Positions 34,952-43,693 of a stretch of 64,000 nt of DNA are shown here, piece by piece. A program made the position numbers and the translations under genes. The notes beneath the pieces were generated by a model. That model was not told where the DNA came from and did no database searches. It worked only from the letters and a program-made list of their open reading frames with translations. Numbering within the stretch: position 1 is the stretch's first letter; every line of letters starts with the position of its first letter. This DNA comes from an uncultured Barnesiella sp. (GTDB lineage Bacteria; Bacteroidota; Bacteroidia; Bacteroidales; Barnesiellaceae_A): NCBI GenBank assembly GCA_944321085.1, contig CALUJY010000001.1:28671-92670 (forward strand), written 5' to 3'.

Positions 34952-35386
34952 ATGAGTACCGAAACGTTCGAGAGTATCATAACGCATATACCGGCTCCAA
35001 TAGAGACGGTATATGCTACCTTGTCAGACTTGAACAACATAAGTCGTTTGCGTGATTCCATATCGGATGAGCGTGCGCAGCAGATAAAAGAGATGCGATT
35101 CGATACCGATTCTTGTACTATATCGATTGAACCGGTCGGAGAGCTCACATTTCGTGTCGTTATGCGTGAGCCGCATAAGACCATTAAGTTTGCGGCCGAA
35201 AACTCGCCCATTCCATTATTTTTGTGGATACAGTTGGTGGCAGTCGATGAGCAAAATACCAAAACTCGGATTACGGTAAAAACCGATGTGAATCCTTTCT
35301 TGAAACCGATGATAGCCAAGCCGATGAAGGAGGGAATAGACCGTATGGCACAGGCTCTTGCCATAATACCTTATAACAAGATGTAG
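34952..35386 (+). CDS. SRPBCC-fold (polyketide cyclase/START-like) small protein
   Basis: ~144 aa. N-terminal FESIITHIPAPIETVYATLSDLNNI pattern typical of SRPBCC proteins. Confidence 0.45.
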   Translation: MSTETFESIITHIPAPIETVYATLSDLNNISRLRDSISDERAQQIKEMRFDTDSCTISIEPVGELTFRVVMREPHKTIKFAAENSPIPLFLWIQLVAVDEQNTKTRITVKTDVNPFLKPMIAKPMKEGIDRMAQALAIIPYNKM

Positions 35387-35520
35387 ATATAAACCCGTCT
35401 CTCTTCCGACCCGTTCCCTTCAAATGTCGATACTGTCGTGTCGGTCGGTGTGACGGTCAGGTCGGAGGTTTCCTATGTGAGCGGGAAAAGCTGAATATAA
35501 CCCCTAAAATATCTGTAACT

Positions 35521-36009
35521 ATGCGGAAAATAATGATTGCCTTATCTGTTTTCGTCGCTGCAATTCTTTTTGCAGGGTGCGAAAAGACGCAATACGACCG
35601 CATCCCGGCGGCGTCAGTAAGGATAGAGTTTGGTAATGCTGCGATATGGAGTGTCTATGGCGTTTCGGCTTACCCCGACCACAAGGAGTTTATCAAAAGC
35701 GAGAACCTGCCCCGAGGCTTTACTTATGTGGCAAATTCGGCTACGGGTTATGGCGGTGTCATGCTGTTGTGTGACCAGGTCAATACTATAAAGGCTTATG
35801 ACCTTTCGTGCCCCGTAGAGCGCAGTTCGACAGTCCGCATAGAATACGACGAGGAGGCGTTTGTGTTGCGTTGCGATAATTGCGGTTCTACATACGACAT
35901 TGCAACGGGTTCGCCCCTCTCGGGTACCGCTCATACCAATCGTTATTTTTTACAGCAATACACGGTGTTCCTTAATGCCATCTCGGGAGGATGCCTCGTC
36001 ACCCGTTAA
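35521..36009 (+). CDS. small lipoprotein with a Rieske-like cysteine pattern lacking the His ligands
   Basis: Lipobox AILFAGCEK. CPVE(x17)CDNCGSTYD..G.PLSG (nt 35809-35895) resembles CxH..CxxHGS.Y/F-D..G of Rieske domains. Confidence 0.45.
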   Translation: MRKIMIALSVFVAAILFAGCEKTQYDRIPAASVRIEFGNAAIWSVYGVSAYPDHKEFIKSENLPRGFTYVANSATGYGGVMLLCDQVNTIKAYDLSCPVERSSTVRIEYDEEAFVLRCDNCGSTYDIATGSPLSGTAHTNRYFLQQYTVFLNAISGGCLVTR

Positions 36010-36092
36010 ATGGTTGTGTAATTTCGAGGCAGCATAATTGTGTGTATCACACGTATAGTTGAGTATATAAATATAATAAAAAGATAAGCATC

Positions 36093-38081
36093 ATGGATAA
36101 TCTAAACGACACAGCAGCTTGCGAGCAGGGGGGGTGCGACCTGCGATTTCTTTCGTTGCTGTCGAAAAGATTCCCTACCATAGCCGACGCATGTACCGAG
36201 ATAATCAATTTGGAGGCTATTCTCGACTTGCCCAAAGGTACCGAACACTTTCTTACCGATATTCACGGCGAGTATGAGGCTTTCCAGCATGTACTGAAAA
36301 ATGCATCGGGTTCGGTACGCCGAAAAGTGGATGAAATTTTCGGGCAAACCCTGCGCGAGGGTGAGAAAAAAGAGTTATGTACGCTCATATACTATCCCGC
36401 TGAGAAGTTGGAGTTGGTAAAATCGACAGAGAACGATTTAGATGACTGGTATTATATTACGTTGCACCAGCTTATCAAGGTGTGCCGTAATGTGTCATCG
36501 AAGTACACCCGCTCGAAGGTGCAAAAGGCGCTGCCTCCCAAGTTCGCATATATCTTGCAAGAGTTGTTGCACGAGTCTCTTTCCGAACCTAAGCAGGGAT
36601 ATGTGAACGTAATTATATCGACTATCATAGAGGTGGGTCGTGCCGACGATTTCATCATTGCTATGTGTGAGCTTATTCAACGCCTCATCATCGATTCGCT
36701 TCATATCGTTGGCGATATTTTCGACCGTGGTCCCGGTGCGCATATCATCATGGATACGCTTTGCAACTATCACCACGTAGATATACAGTGGGGTAACCAC
36801 GATATTTTGTGGATGGGTGCAGCCTCGGGGAATAAAGCCTGTCTTGCCAACGTCATACGTATCGCTTTGCGGTATGGCAATCTCGCAACCATCGAGGACG
36901 GTTATGGCATCAACATCCTGCCCCTTGCCACCTTTGCCATGGAGCAGTATGGCGATGACGATTGCAATGTATTCATGCCCACTGCGACGGCACAGATACA
37001 CAATGCCAAAACCAACCGCCTTATTGCCAAGATGCAGAAGGCGATTGCTGTCATACAGTTCAAATTGGAGGGGCAGATTATTCACCGTAATCCCGAATAT
37101 GGGATGAACGACCGTCTCTTGCTCGATAAGATAGACTTCGACACCAAGAGCATTGTCATTGACGGCAAATCATATCCGCTGCGTGACGCTTATTTCCCCA
37201 CCATCGACCCTCATACGCCTTATACTCTTACCGATGAGGAGGCCGATGTAATGAAGAAGCTCGACCACTCGTTCCGTAACAGCGAGAAACTACGCAAGCA
37301 CATGCGTTGCCTGTACAGTAACGGCGGCCTCTACTTGGTGCGGAATTCAAACCTGATGTTTCATGCCTCAATGCCTCTCAATGCCGACGGCTCTTTCATG
37401 CAGGTAAGCATACGGGGTAAGAAGTATGCCGGTAAGGCTCTCTTCGATAAGGTAGAGCAAATTATTCGCGAGGCTTATTTCGGCGATGCTTCCAATCCCG
37501 AACATAGCTTCGATGTCGATTATATGTGGTATCTCTGGTGCGGGCCTCAATCGCCGTCGTACGACAAGGATAAGATGACGACTTTCGAGCGTTACTTTAT
37601 TGCCGACAAAGAGGTGGCAAAAGAGGTCAAAGGCAACTATTACACCTTGCGTAACGAAGAGGCGGTATGCGACCGTATTCTGCACGAGTTTGGCATCAGT
37701 GGCCCTCATGCCCACATCATCAACGGTCATATTCCCGTCAAGGTGGCCAAGGGCGAGCAGCCGGTTAAGGCCGGCGGAAAGCTGTTGGTTATCGACGGCG
37801 GCTTCTCAAAGGCATACCAGTCGGAAACAGGTATTGCGGGATATACGCTCATATACCACTCTCGCGGCTTGCAGTTGGTACAACACGAGCCTTTCCAATC
37901 GACGCAAAAGGCTATCGAAGAGGGTGTGGATATTATATCGAACCACTTCATTCTCGAATTTAGCAGTCAGCGTATGCAAGTGAGAGATACCGATATAGGT
38001 ACCGAGCTGATAGAGCAGATTGGCGACTTGAAAAAATTGCTCTATGCCTATCGTTCGGGTCTTATCAAAGAAAGAGAGTAG
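36093..38081 (+). CDS. fbp: fructose-1,6-bisphosphatase, class 3
   Basis: ~660 aa. LTDIHGEYEAFQHVL, HIVGDIFDRGP and WGNHD metallophosphoesterase motifs in the arrangement typical of FBPase III. Confidence 0.85.
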   Translation: MDNLNDTAACEQGGCDLRFLSLLSKRFPTIADACTEIINLEAILDLPKGTEHFLTDIHGEYEAFQHVLKNASGSVRRKVDEIFGQTLREGEKKELCTLIYYPAEKLELVKSTENDLDDWYYITLHQLIKVCRNVSSKYTRSKVQKALPPKFAYILQELLHESLSEPKQGYVNVIISTIIEVGRADDFIIAMCELIQRLIIDSLHIVGDIFDRGPGAHIIMDTLCNYHHVDIQWGNHDILWMGAASGNKACLANVIRIALRYGNLATIEDGYGINILPLATFAMEQYGDDDCNVFMPTATAQIHNAKTNRLIAKMQKAIAVIQFKLEGQIIHRNPEYGMNDRLLLDKIDFDTKSIVIDGKSYPLRDAYFPTIDPHTPYTLTDEEADVMKKLDHSFRNSEKLRKHMRCLYSNGGLYLVRNSNLMFHASMPLNADGSFMQVSIRGKKYAGKALFDKVEQIIREAYFGDASNPEHSFDVDYMWYLWCGPQSPSYDKDKMTTFERYFIADKEVAKEVKGNYYTLRNEEAVCDRILHEFGISGPHAHIINGHIPVKVAKGEQPVKAGGKLLVIDGGFSKAYQSETGIAGYTLIYHSRGLQLVQHEPFQSTQKAIEEGVDIISNHFILEFSSQRMQVRDTDIGTELIEQIGDLKKLLYAYRSGLIKERE

Positions 38082-38105
38082 TCTGCGTTTTTATATAATA
38101 GAAGA

Positions 38106-38137
38106 GGTCGTGTCGAAGCAATGTCACGACCTTTTTT
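38106..38137 (+). terminator. intrinsic terminator after fbp
   Basis: GGTCGTG / CACGACC stem followed by TTTTTT. Confidence 0.6.
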
Positions 38138-38275
38138 CATGATATGTCCCTTTGATAATAGTGTCGATAGAGAGATAATAAAAGAGCCGCTCCTGTCGGA
38201 GAGGATGTAGCTCTTTTATTTGCCTTTCGGAAGGGTTGGAGAGAACTTTCGTATGGGGTATAGCCGTATGTTATT

Positions 38276-39397
38276 TTACTGTACGTTAAATCCCAAACGG
38301 CGCAATGTATCGGCATCGTCTCCTTTTGCTCCCGTTATGGTATAAGCAGGGAACTCACGGCGCAATCCATACGAATTGCGCATCGCTTCGAAGTTTTCGG
38401 GATGCAATTTCAGTTCGGCCGTTTCGGTAAGCGGATTGTAACTCGATAACACCGCCGTCGATAAGGCATTGACAAGACCCTCTACGCCGATTGTTGCAAC
38501 CGGTGGTGCAGGCGGTATAATTGTTGCGGTGTCTATTGTTACGCCTATTTCGCGGGCAATGGCTTCTACTGTCATGCGCGTGGCGTTCGATTTCCCGTCG
38601 GCCGAGTATCCCGCTATGTGGGGCGTGGCAATGAATGCTGCGGCGAGCAACCGGGCATCTATTTGCGGTTCACTCTCCCAGCAATCCATTATGACATCGC
38701 TTATCACCCCTTTCGACAGGGCACTCAATAATGCTTTGTTGTCGACGACAGCCCCGCGAGAACTGTTTATAATCAACGGTTTGCACTTGGCAGTTGCAAA
38801 GAACTCCGCCGACCCCAGATGATATGTGGCGTCTGTTCCATCGGTCGTGAGAGGGGTGTGGAAAGTAACAATATCGGCCTCGGCAGCTATCGTATCGAGC
38901 GATACGAACTCCTTTGCGCCTTCGGCTCGCGCACGAGGAGGGTCGTTGAGCAATACCCTCATCCCTATGGCACGACAGTGCTGCGCTACCACTTTGCCTA
39001 CATGCCCTACGCCCACGATGCCTATCGTCAGGTCGGTCAAGTGCCGTTGTCGGGCATTAGCCCACGCCAGCAGCGAAGCCAGCACGTATTGTCCCACCGA
39101 TGAGGCGTTGCAGCCCGGGGCATTGACCCAGCGGATACCGTGGGCAGCGCAGTATGACGTGTCTATGTGGTCGTATCCGATGGTAGCCGTAGCGATGAAG
39201 CGGCAGGGCGAGCCTTGCAGCAGGTGCTTGTCGATGTGCGTGCGGGTGCGGATGATAAGCATATCGGCCTCTCGCGCCACGCGATTGTCTATCTCGGAAG
39301 GCGCATGATACGACATGTGCGCAAAGGGTTCTAATACGCCGCGCAAGTAAGGAATCTTGCTATCGGCAACGATACGAGGTTTATTTGTCATTTCCAT
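38276..39397 (-). CDS. pdxB: 4-phosphoerythronate dehydrogenase
   Basis: IVADSKIPYLRGVLEPF, NAD-binding GIVGVGHVG and the D-2-hydroxyacid dehydrogenase core ...TPHIAGYS, at ~370 aa. Confidence 0.8.
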   Translation of the reverse strand: MEMTNKPRIVADSKIPYLRGVLEPFAHMSYHAPSEIDNRVAREADMLIIRTRTHIDKHLLQGSPCRFIATATIGYDHIDTSYCAAHGIRWVNAPGCNASSVGQYVLASLLAWANARQRHLTDLTIGIVGVGHVGKVVAQHCRAIGMRVLLNDPPRARAEGAKEFVSLDTIAAEADIVTFHTPLTTDGTDATYHLGSAEFFATAKCKPLIINSSRGAVVDNKALLSALSKGVISDVIMDCWESEPQIDARLLAAAFIATPHIAGYSADGKSNATRMTVEAIAREIGVTIDTATIIPPAPPVATIGVEGLVNALSTAVLSSYNPLTETAELKLHPENFEAMRNSYGLRREFPAYTITGAKGDDADTLRRLGFNVQ

Positions 39398-39452
39398 TTT
39401 GTTGTTGTTTCTACTTCGGTGCAGGTTGTCGGGCGGTGTTGCCCGGTGTTGC

Positions 39453-42449
39453 TTATGGCTTTTCGTTTGGGTTGCTTGCCCGGTTCTTTTGTAAGATAGT
39501 CCCTCGCCGGGCTATGTAGTGCAGTAATTGCGCATAGACAGGCGACGTTTCGAGCAGGGCTTTGTATCCTACTATTACGATTTGTTCCCGCGCTCTTGTC
39601 ACGGCGACATTGAGTTTGCGGTCTATCCACACCCCCTCTTCTTCGTTGCTTTGCGATAGGAAAGCGAGTTGTTCTTTCGTCGTTACGGCACAGGAGAAGA
39701 TAATGACATCGTTTTGAGAGCCTTGGAATCGTTCGACGGTATCGATGCGTATTGCGTCGCAGCCCGGCAGTTGCAGCCACTCTAATTGTTGTCTGATAGC
39801 GGCTATTTGGTTGCGATACGGGGTGATGATGCCTATTGCCTTTTCCGGCAGAAACTCCCGTCCGTTTCGGGCATTGAGTTTGTAATATGCTTCTACCACC
39901 CGGGCTACGGCAAGCGCTTCGTCGACGTTGGCGGTGCCGGCTGTTTCGGGCGTCGGCGAGACGGGCGGTTCTATGTCGATAAATGCCAAGCGTGATGTGG
40001 CGAGCATCTGTTCTTCGCGGCTCATCCCTTCATAAGGGCTGTAAGGTAGTGCCGACGCCTGATGCCGAGCGCCGCCGGCTTTCAGCCTTCCGCCGTAAAA
40101 AGCTGTTGAGGCAAAGTCGGCAATATCGGGGTGCATGCGCCACTGTCGCGACAACATGCCTGTCAGTTGGGGAAAAGCACAGTAACGACGGTATAACCGT
40201 TCGAAGAGCGACATGCGGCAGTCGGTAAGGCCGCATTCTGTAAGGCAGTCGTCGTTTATGCGTGACTCTTCGGCCTCTTGCAGTACAATGGCAGGCAGTT
40301 GCTTGTGGTCGCCTATGAGTACAAACCGGTTTATGGCCGGATGCCCTTGGCCGTCGGTTGCTGCCAACAATCCCAACAGTTGGGTTTCGAGCAGTTGCGA
40401 GGCTTCGTCGACGATGGCTGTATCGAATTGTTTCAACTCGAATAGTTCCGGTTTGGCAAGCAGCGAGACCAGCGATGCCACATAGAGCCGACAAGAAGTG
40501 AGGTTTTGTATCACCTCATCGCGGCGGCTGCAACTTGCAAGCCGGTTGGCGATGAGTCTGTAGCGGTATGCTGTGGCGCAAGAGTTCTCCATGCCGATGC
40601 GTATATAATCGAGCTCCGGTTCCTGTTCCAAGTGAGAGCAAATCTCGTCGACAGCCCGGTTGGTATAGGCTACCAACAAGAGGTTGCGGTGTGGCGAAGC
40701 CATGATTTCGCGCACCATACCCATCAGAGCAACAGATGTTTTGCCGGTTCCGGGAGGCCCCATCAGCAGGTATAGTTCGCTGTCGCCGGCAGCAGTGGTA
40801 ACTATTTTTTCCACTTCTTCCGAGTCGTAGTGGAAAGCTGGTTGCACAGGAGTGCCCATGCGGGGACGGTAATCGCCTTGTCCCAGCAACAAGCGGCGGC
40901 GCGGCGCGGGCATTTGCAAGAAGGCGAAGAGTCCGGCAAATTGCATTTTGAAAGCCATATCGGAGTAGTCGGCTTCCAACACATAACTGTCTCCGCAGAC
41001 AAAGAGCGAATGGCATTGCTGACGGTCGCGTAAACGTACCAATACTTCGCTCGATGTTACATTTGTTATTACGCCGCGAAACAAAATGTTGTCGGAGGCG
41101 CGGCTCGTTTCATCGCGATAGCGGTATAGCAGTACGATGTCGCCATCGCGAAACTTGGGTATGGGCGCTTCCTGCGTTTGTCGGTATGAAAAGCGTAGTA
41201 ACGGGGTTTCTGCGTCGGCATGGCTTTCTTGCAGGCAGAGCGGTGCCATGATGCAGCCCATAGCGCGTTTCTCGGCAATAGAGGCCTGCCACAAGACTGT
41301 TGCGCCGACGTGTTCGGCAGTGCTGCGCGACACCTTCGACAGGTATTGTTCCCGTGACAGGAATCGGTAAAAACGGTCGAAATAGTGCGCCGATACCTCA
41401 TCGGTGCCGATTTTGTGCAAGGCCGACGCCATTGAGTGCAGGTCGTTGTCGATATACCGTACCAAGGAATGTGCCGGCTGTTCGTATGTAGGATGTGCGA
41501 GGGCTTTTGTCAGTGTGCGCAACGGGTGGCAGTCGGTCGTATAGCGAAACTCTTCCAAAACAATTCTGTTGCGCACTCCTATGGCTTGTTGCATGAGCGA
41601 AAGCGACAGGTGATTCCTGATCAAGCAATCTTGTGCATAGCGCGAATAGAGCGCATAAAAGTCGGGATGCTCTATGCCTAACGAGTAGTGAAGCATGAGC
41701 TGGTAGAGGGAGAGTTGTATGCGATGGGTGTCGACGATGTAACCGCCCGACTTTTTACCCGATTTCAACTCGATGCCTGCCGCCTGTTTACCGTCGGTCT
41801 GCAAGAAGTCGAGTCGTCCGCGTAAGCCCAATGCCGGAGATATGAAGGTAGGCTCTACCATCCCTTCGCTGCAAGAGAGTCCCGCTTTGGCAAACTCTTG
41901 TTTCACGGTTTGCAGCAGATGCTCATGATGTGTGGCAAGGTCGGCAAAGAATGTGGCGTCGATGTCGGGGCATACGGCATACTCCAAGGGCGACGAAGTA
42001 AAGATTTTCTTTATCGTATCGGCGAGTTTTACGGTGGAGGGGTCGTCGGCATTGACCATCTCGTCGAAAATAAGGTTGGCGGCATTTCCCAACAAGATAT
42101 GGCGGTTGAGATGGCGAGGTTGCATACGGCTGGCAAAATAGAGCTGCCATAGATGCCCGAAAGAGCGGCAGCATTCGGCCAAGAGGCTGACGTCGACCAG
42201 AAAATCGGGTTCGGCTACAATAAAGCGTGGTTGCAAGGTCGTCCCATCATCGATGACATCGAGCAGGTGCAGGTTGTTGCCCGGTTGCAACAGCGAGAGG
42301 TAGCCTCCCGTTGCGATGTCGCCACCCATAAACGATATACGACGCTCCGTCAGGTCGGAGCGTCGTACTCTTATTCCGTCACTCTCCACAGCTTGCACTA
42401 CGGCATAAATGCACGAGGTGTCGGGTTGCTGCGGGGTATGCACATCCAT
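39453..42449 (-). CDS. Dna2/Upf1-like SF1 helicase fused to an N-terminal PD-(D/E)XK (RecB/Cas4-like) nuclease domain
   Basis: Nuclease motifs GRLDFL...GIELKSGK...IQLSLYQL. Helicase Walker A LLMGPPGTGKTS, Walker B IVDEASQL, LIGDHKQLP, and TVERFQGSQNDVIIFS...NVAVTRAREQ. Confidence 0.75.
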   Translation of the reverse strand: MDVHTPQQPDTSCIYAVVQAVESDGIRVRRSDLTERRISFMGGDIATGGYLSLLQPGNNLHLLDVIDDGTTLQPRFIVAEPDFLVDVSLLAECCRSFGHLWQLYFASRMQPRHLNRHILLGNAANLIFDEMVNADDPSTVKLADTIKKIFTSSPLEYAVCPDIDATFFADLATHHEHLLQTVKQEFAKAGLSCSEGMVEPTFISPALGLRGRLDFLQTDGKQAAGIELKSGKKSGGYIVDTHRIQLSLYQLMLHYSLGIEHPDFYALYSRYAQDCLIRNHLSLSLMQQAIGVRNRIVLEEFRYTTDCHPLRTLTKALAHPTYEQPAHSLVRYIDNDLHSMASALHKIGTDEVSAHYFDRFYRFLSREQYLSKVSRSTAEHVGATVLWQASIAEKRAMGCIMAPLCLQESHADAETPLLRFSYRQTQEAPIPKFRDGDIVLLYRYRDETSRASDNILFRGVITNVTSSEVLVRLRDRQQCHSLFVCGDSYVLEADYSDMAFKMQFAGLFAFLQMPAPRRRLLLGQGDYRPRMGTPVQPAFHYDSEEVEKIVTTAAGDSELYLLMGPPGTGKTSVALMGMVREIMASPHRNLLLVAYTNRAVDEICSHLEQEPELDYIRIGMENSCATAYRYRLIANRLASCSRRDEVIQNLTSCRLYVASLVSLLAKPELFELKQFDTAIVDEASQLLETQLLGLLAATDGQGHPAINRFVLIGDHKQLPAIVLQEAEESRINDDCLTECGLTDCRMSLFERLYRRYCAFPQLTGMLSRQWRMHPDIADFASTAFYGGRLKAGGARHQASALPYSPYEGMSREEQMLATSRLAFIDIEPPVSPTPETAGTANVDEALAVARVVEAYYKLNARNGREFLPEKAIGIITPYRNQIAAIRQQLEWLQLPGCDAIRIDTVERFQGSQNDVIIFSCAVTTKEQLAFLSQSNEEEGVWIDRKLNVAVTRAREQIVIVGYKALLETSPVYAQLLHYIARRGTILQKNRASNPNEKP

Positions 42450-42467
42450 ATCGTTGTTGTGAGTAAA

Positions 42468-43658
42468 CTATTTTTTGAGTTTTCCGCCTTTCGTGCCGCC
42501 TTTTACTCCGCCGCCGAGGGCGAAGATGTTTTGCGAGTAGCTTACGGTTTTATTGGCTTGTTCGCGTTTCCGTTTCAAAGCGAGCGATACCATTTTGTCC
42601 ATCAATTCGTCGAAAGGTACGCCGGTAGCTTCCCACAGATAGAAAGAGAACGAGCCCGGTATGGCATTGATTTCGTTGACATATATATCGCCCGAGTTGT
42701 CGTCTATCATCACATCGACACGTGCTACGCCATGGCACGAAAGTACTCTGAACGTCTCTCCGGCAAGGAACCGTATGCGTTGGGTCTGTTCTTCCGACAA
42801 ATCGGCAGGGATGCGTTTCTCGCTGGCTTGCATACCGCTCTCGCCTTTGCTGCTGCCCATGTATTTGTCTTCATACGAGAGAATCTTTCCGCTTTTGATG
42901 GGTTCCTCGCATACTGAGGTGGCGTAGTCGTCGCAATCGCCCAAGACCGAGCAGTTAATCTCTTTGAGGTTCTCTACCAAGTCTTCCACGATGAGGCGTG
43001 TAGAATAACGGCTGGCCTCTTCGACTTTGGTAATCAGCTCTTGACGGTTGTCGGCACGCGAGATACCTACGCTCGATCCCAAGTTGGCCGGTTTTACGAT
43101 GACAGGATAGCCTATCTTGTGTTCTATCTCCTCGACCCACTTGTCGCGCGTCTTGACCCACTGTTTGTCGGTAAACCATACGTAGTCTACCACCGGAATG
43201 CCGCTATGTTCGAGTACCATTTTCATGACAATCTTGTCCATACCTATGGCTGCCGAGAGGGTGTCGCAACCGGCAAAGGGGATGCCGATGGTCTCTAATA
43301 GGCCTTGAAATACGCCGTCCTCGCCGTTGGTGCCGTGCAGTGCCGGGATGACTACGTCGAGGGTGGCTACAACGGGGGAGCCGAAGAGCGATTTCTTGCG
43401 GCGGTAGAGGTTGTAATCGCCATATTCGGGATTCATGTACACCTCTTCGCAACGGCTTTTCAGAGCCGTCATGTCTTTATAGTTTGCTACCGACAGGAGG
43501 GGTTCGCCGCTATACCAACGTCCCTCTTTCGATATATATACCGGTATGATGTTGTAGCGTGAAGCATCTATCGCATACATGGCTTGCAGAGCCGTCAGCA
43601 CCGAAATCTCGTGCTCGACCGACCTGCCGCCGAAGAATACGCCTATTGTCGTTTTCAT
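42468..43658 (-). CDS. ddl: D-alanine--D-alanine ligase family ATP-grasp protein, long form with a Gly/Lys-rich C-terminal tail
   Basis: IGVFFGGRSVEHEISVLTA..., PALHGTNGEDG..QGLLE, ...VNEINAIPGSFSFYLWEATG. C-terminal extension ...FALGGGVKGGTKGGKLKK. Confidence 0.75.
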   Translation of the reverse strand: MKTTIGVFFGGRSVEHEISVLTALQAMYAIDASRYNIIPVYISKEGRWYSGEPLLSVANYKDMTALKSRCEEVYMNPEYGDYNLYRRKKSLFGSPVVATLDVVIPALHGTNGEDGVFQGLLETIGIPFAGCDTLSAAIGMDKIVMKMVLEHSGIPVVDYVWFTDKQWVKTRDKWVEEIEHKIGYPVIVKPANLGSSVGISRADNRQELITKVEEASRYSTRLIVEDLVENLKEINCSVLGDCDDYATSVCEEPIKSGKILSYEDKYMGSSKGESGMQASEKRIPADLSEEQTQRIRFLAGETFRVLSCHGVARVDVMIDDNSGDIYVNEINAIPGSFSFYLWEATGVPFDELMDKMVSLALKRKREQANKTVSYSQNIFALGGGVKGGTKGGKLKK

Positions 43659-43693
43659 TTTTTATATGATTTTGATGTTCTTGTTTTTATAGC

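Noticed and set aside
42468-43658. Van-type (vancomycin resistance) D-Ala-D-Lac/D-Ser ligase.
   Set aside because: No vanH, vanX, vanY or vanRS-like genes are nearby, and the neighbours are MurF-like and a hydrolase. Substrate specificity cannot be read by eye, so only the generic Ddl-family call is made.
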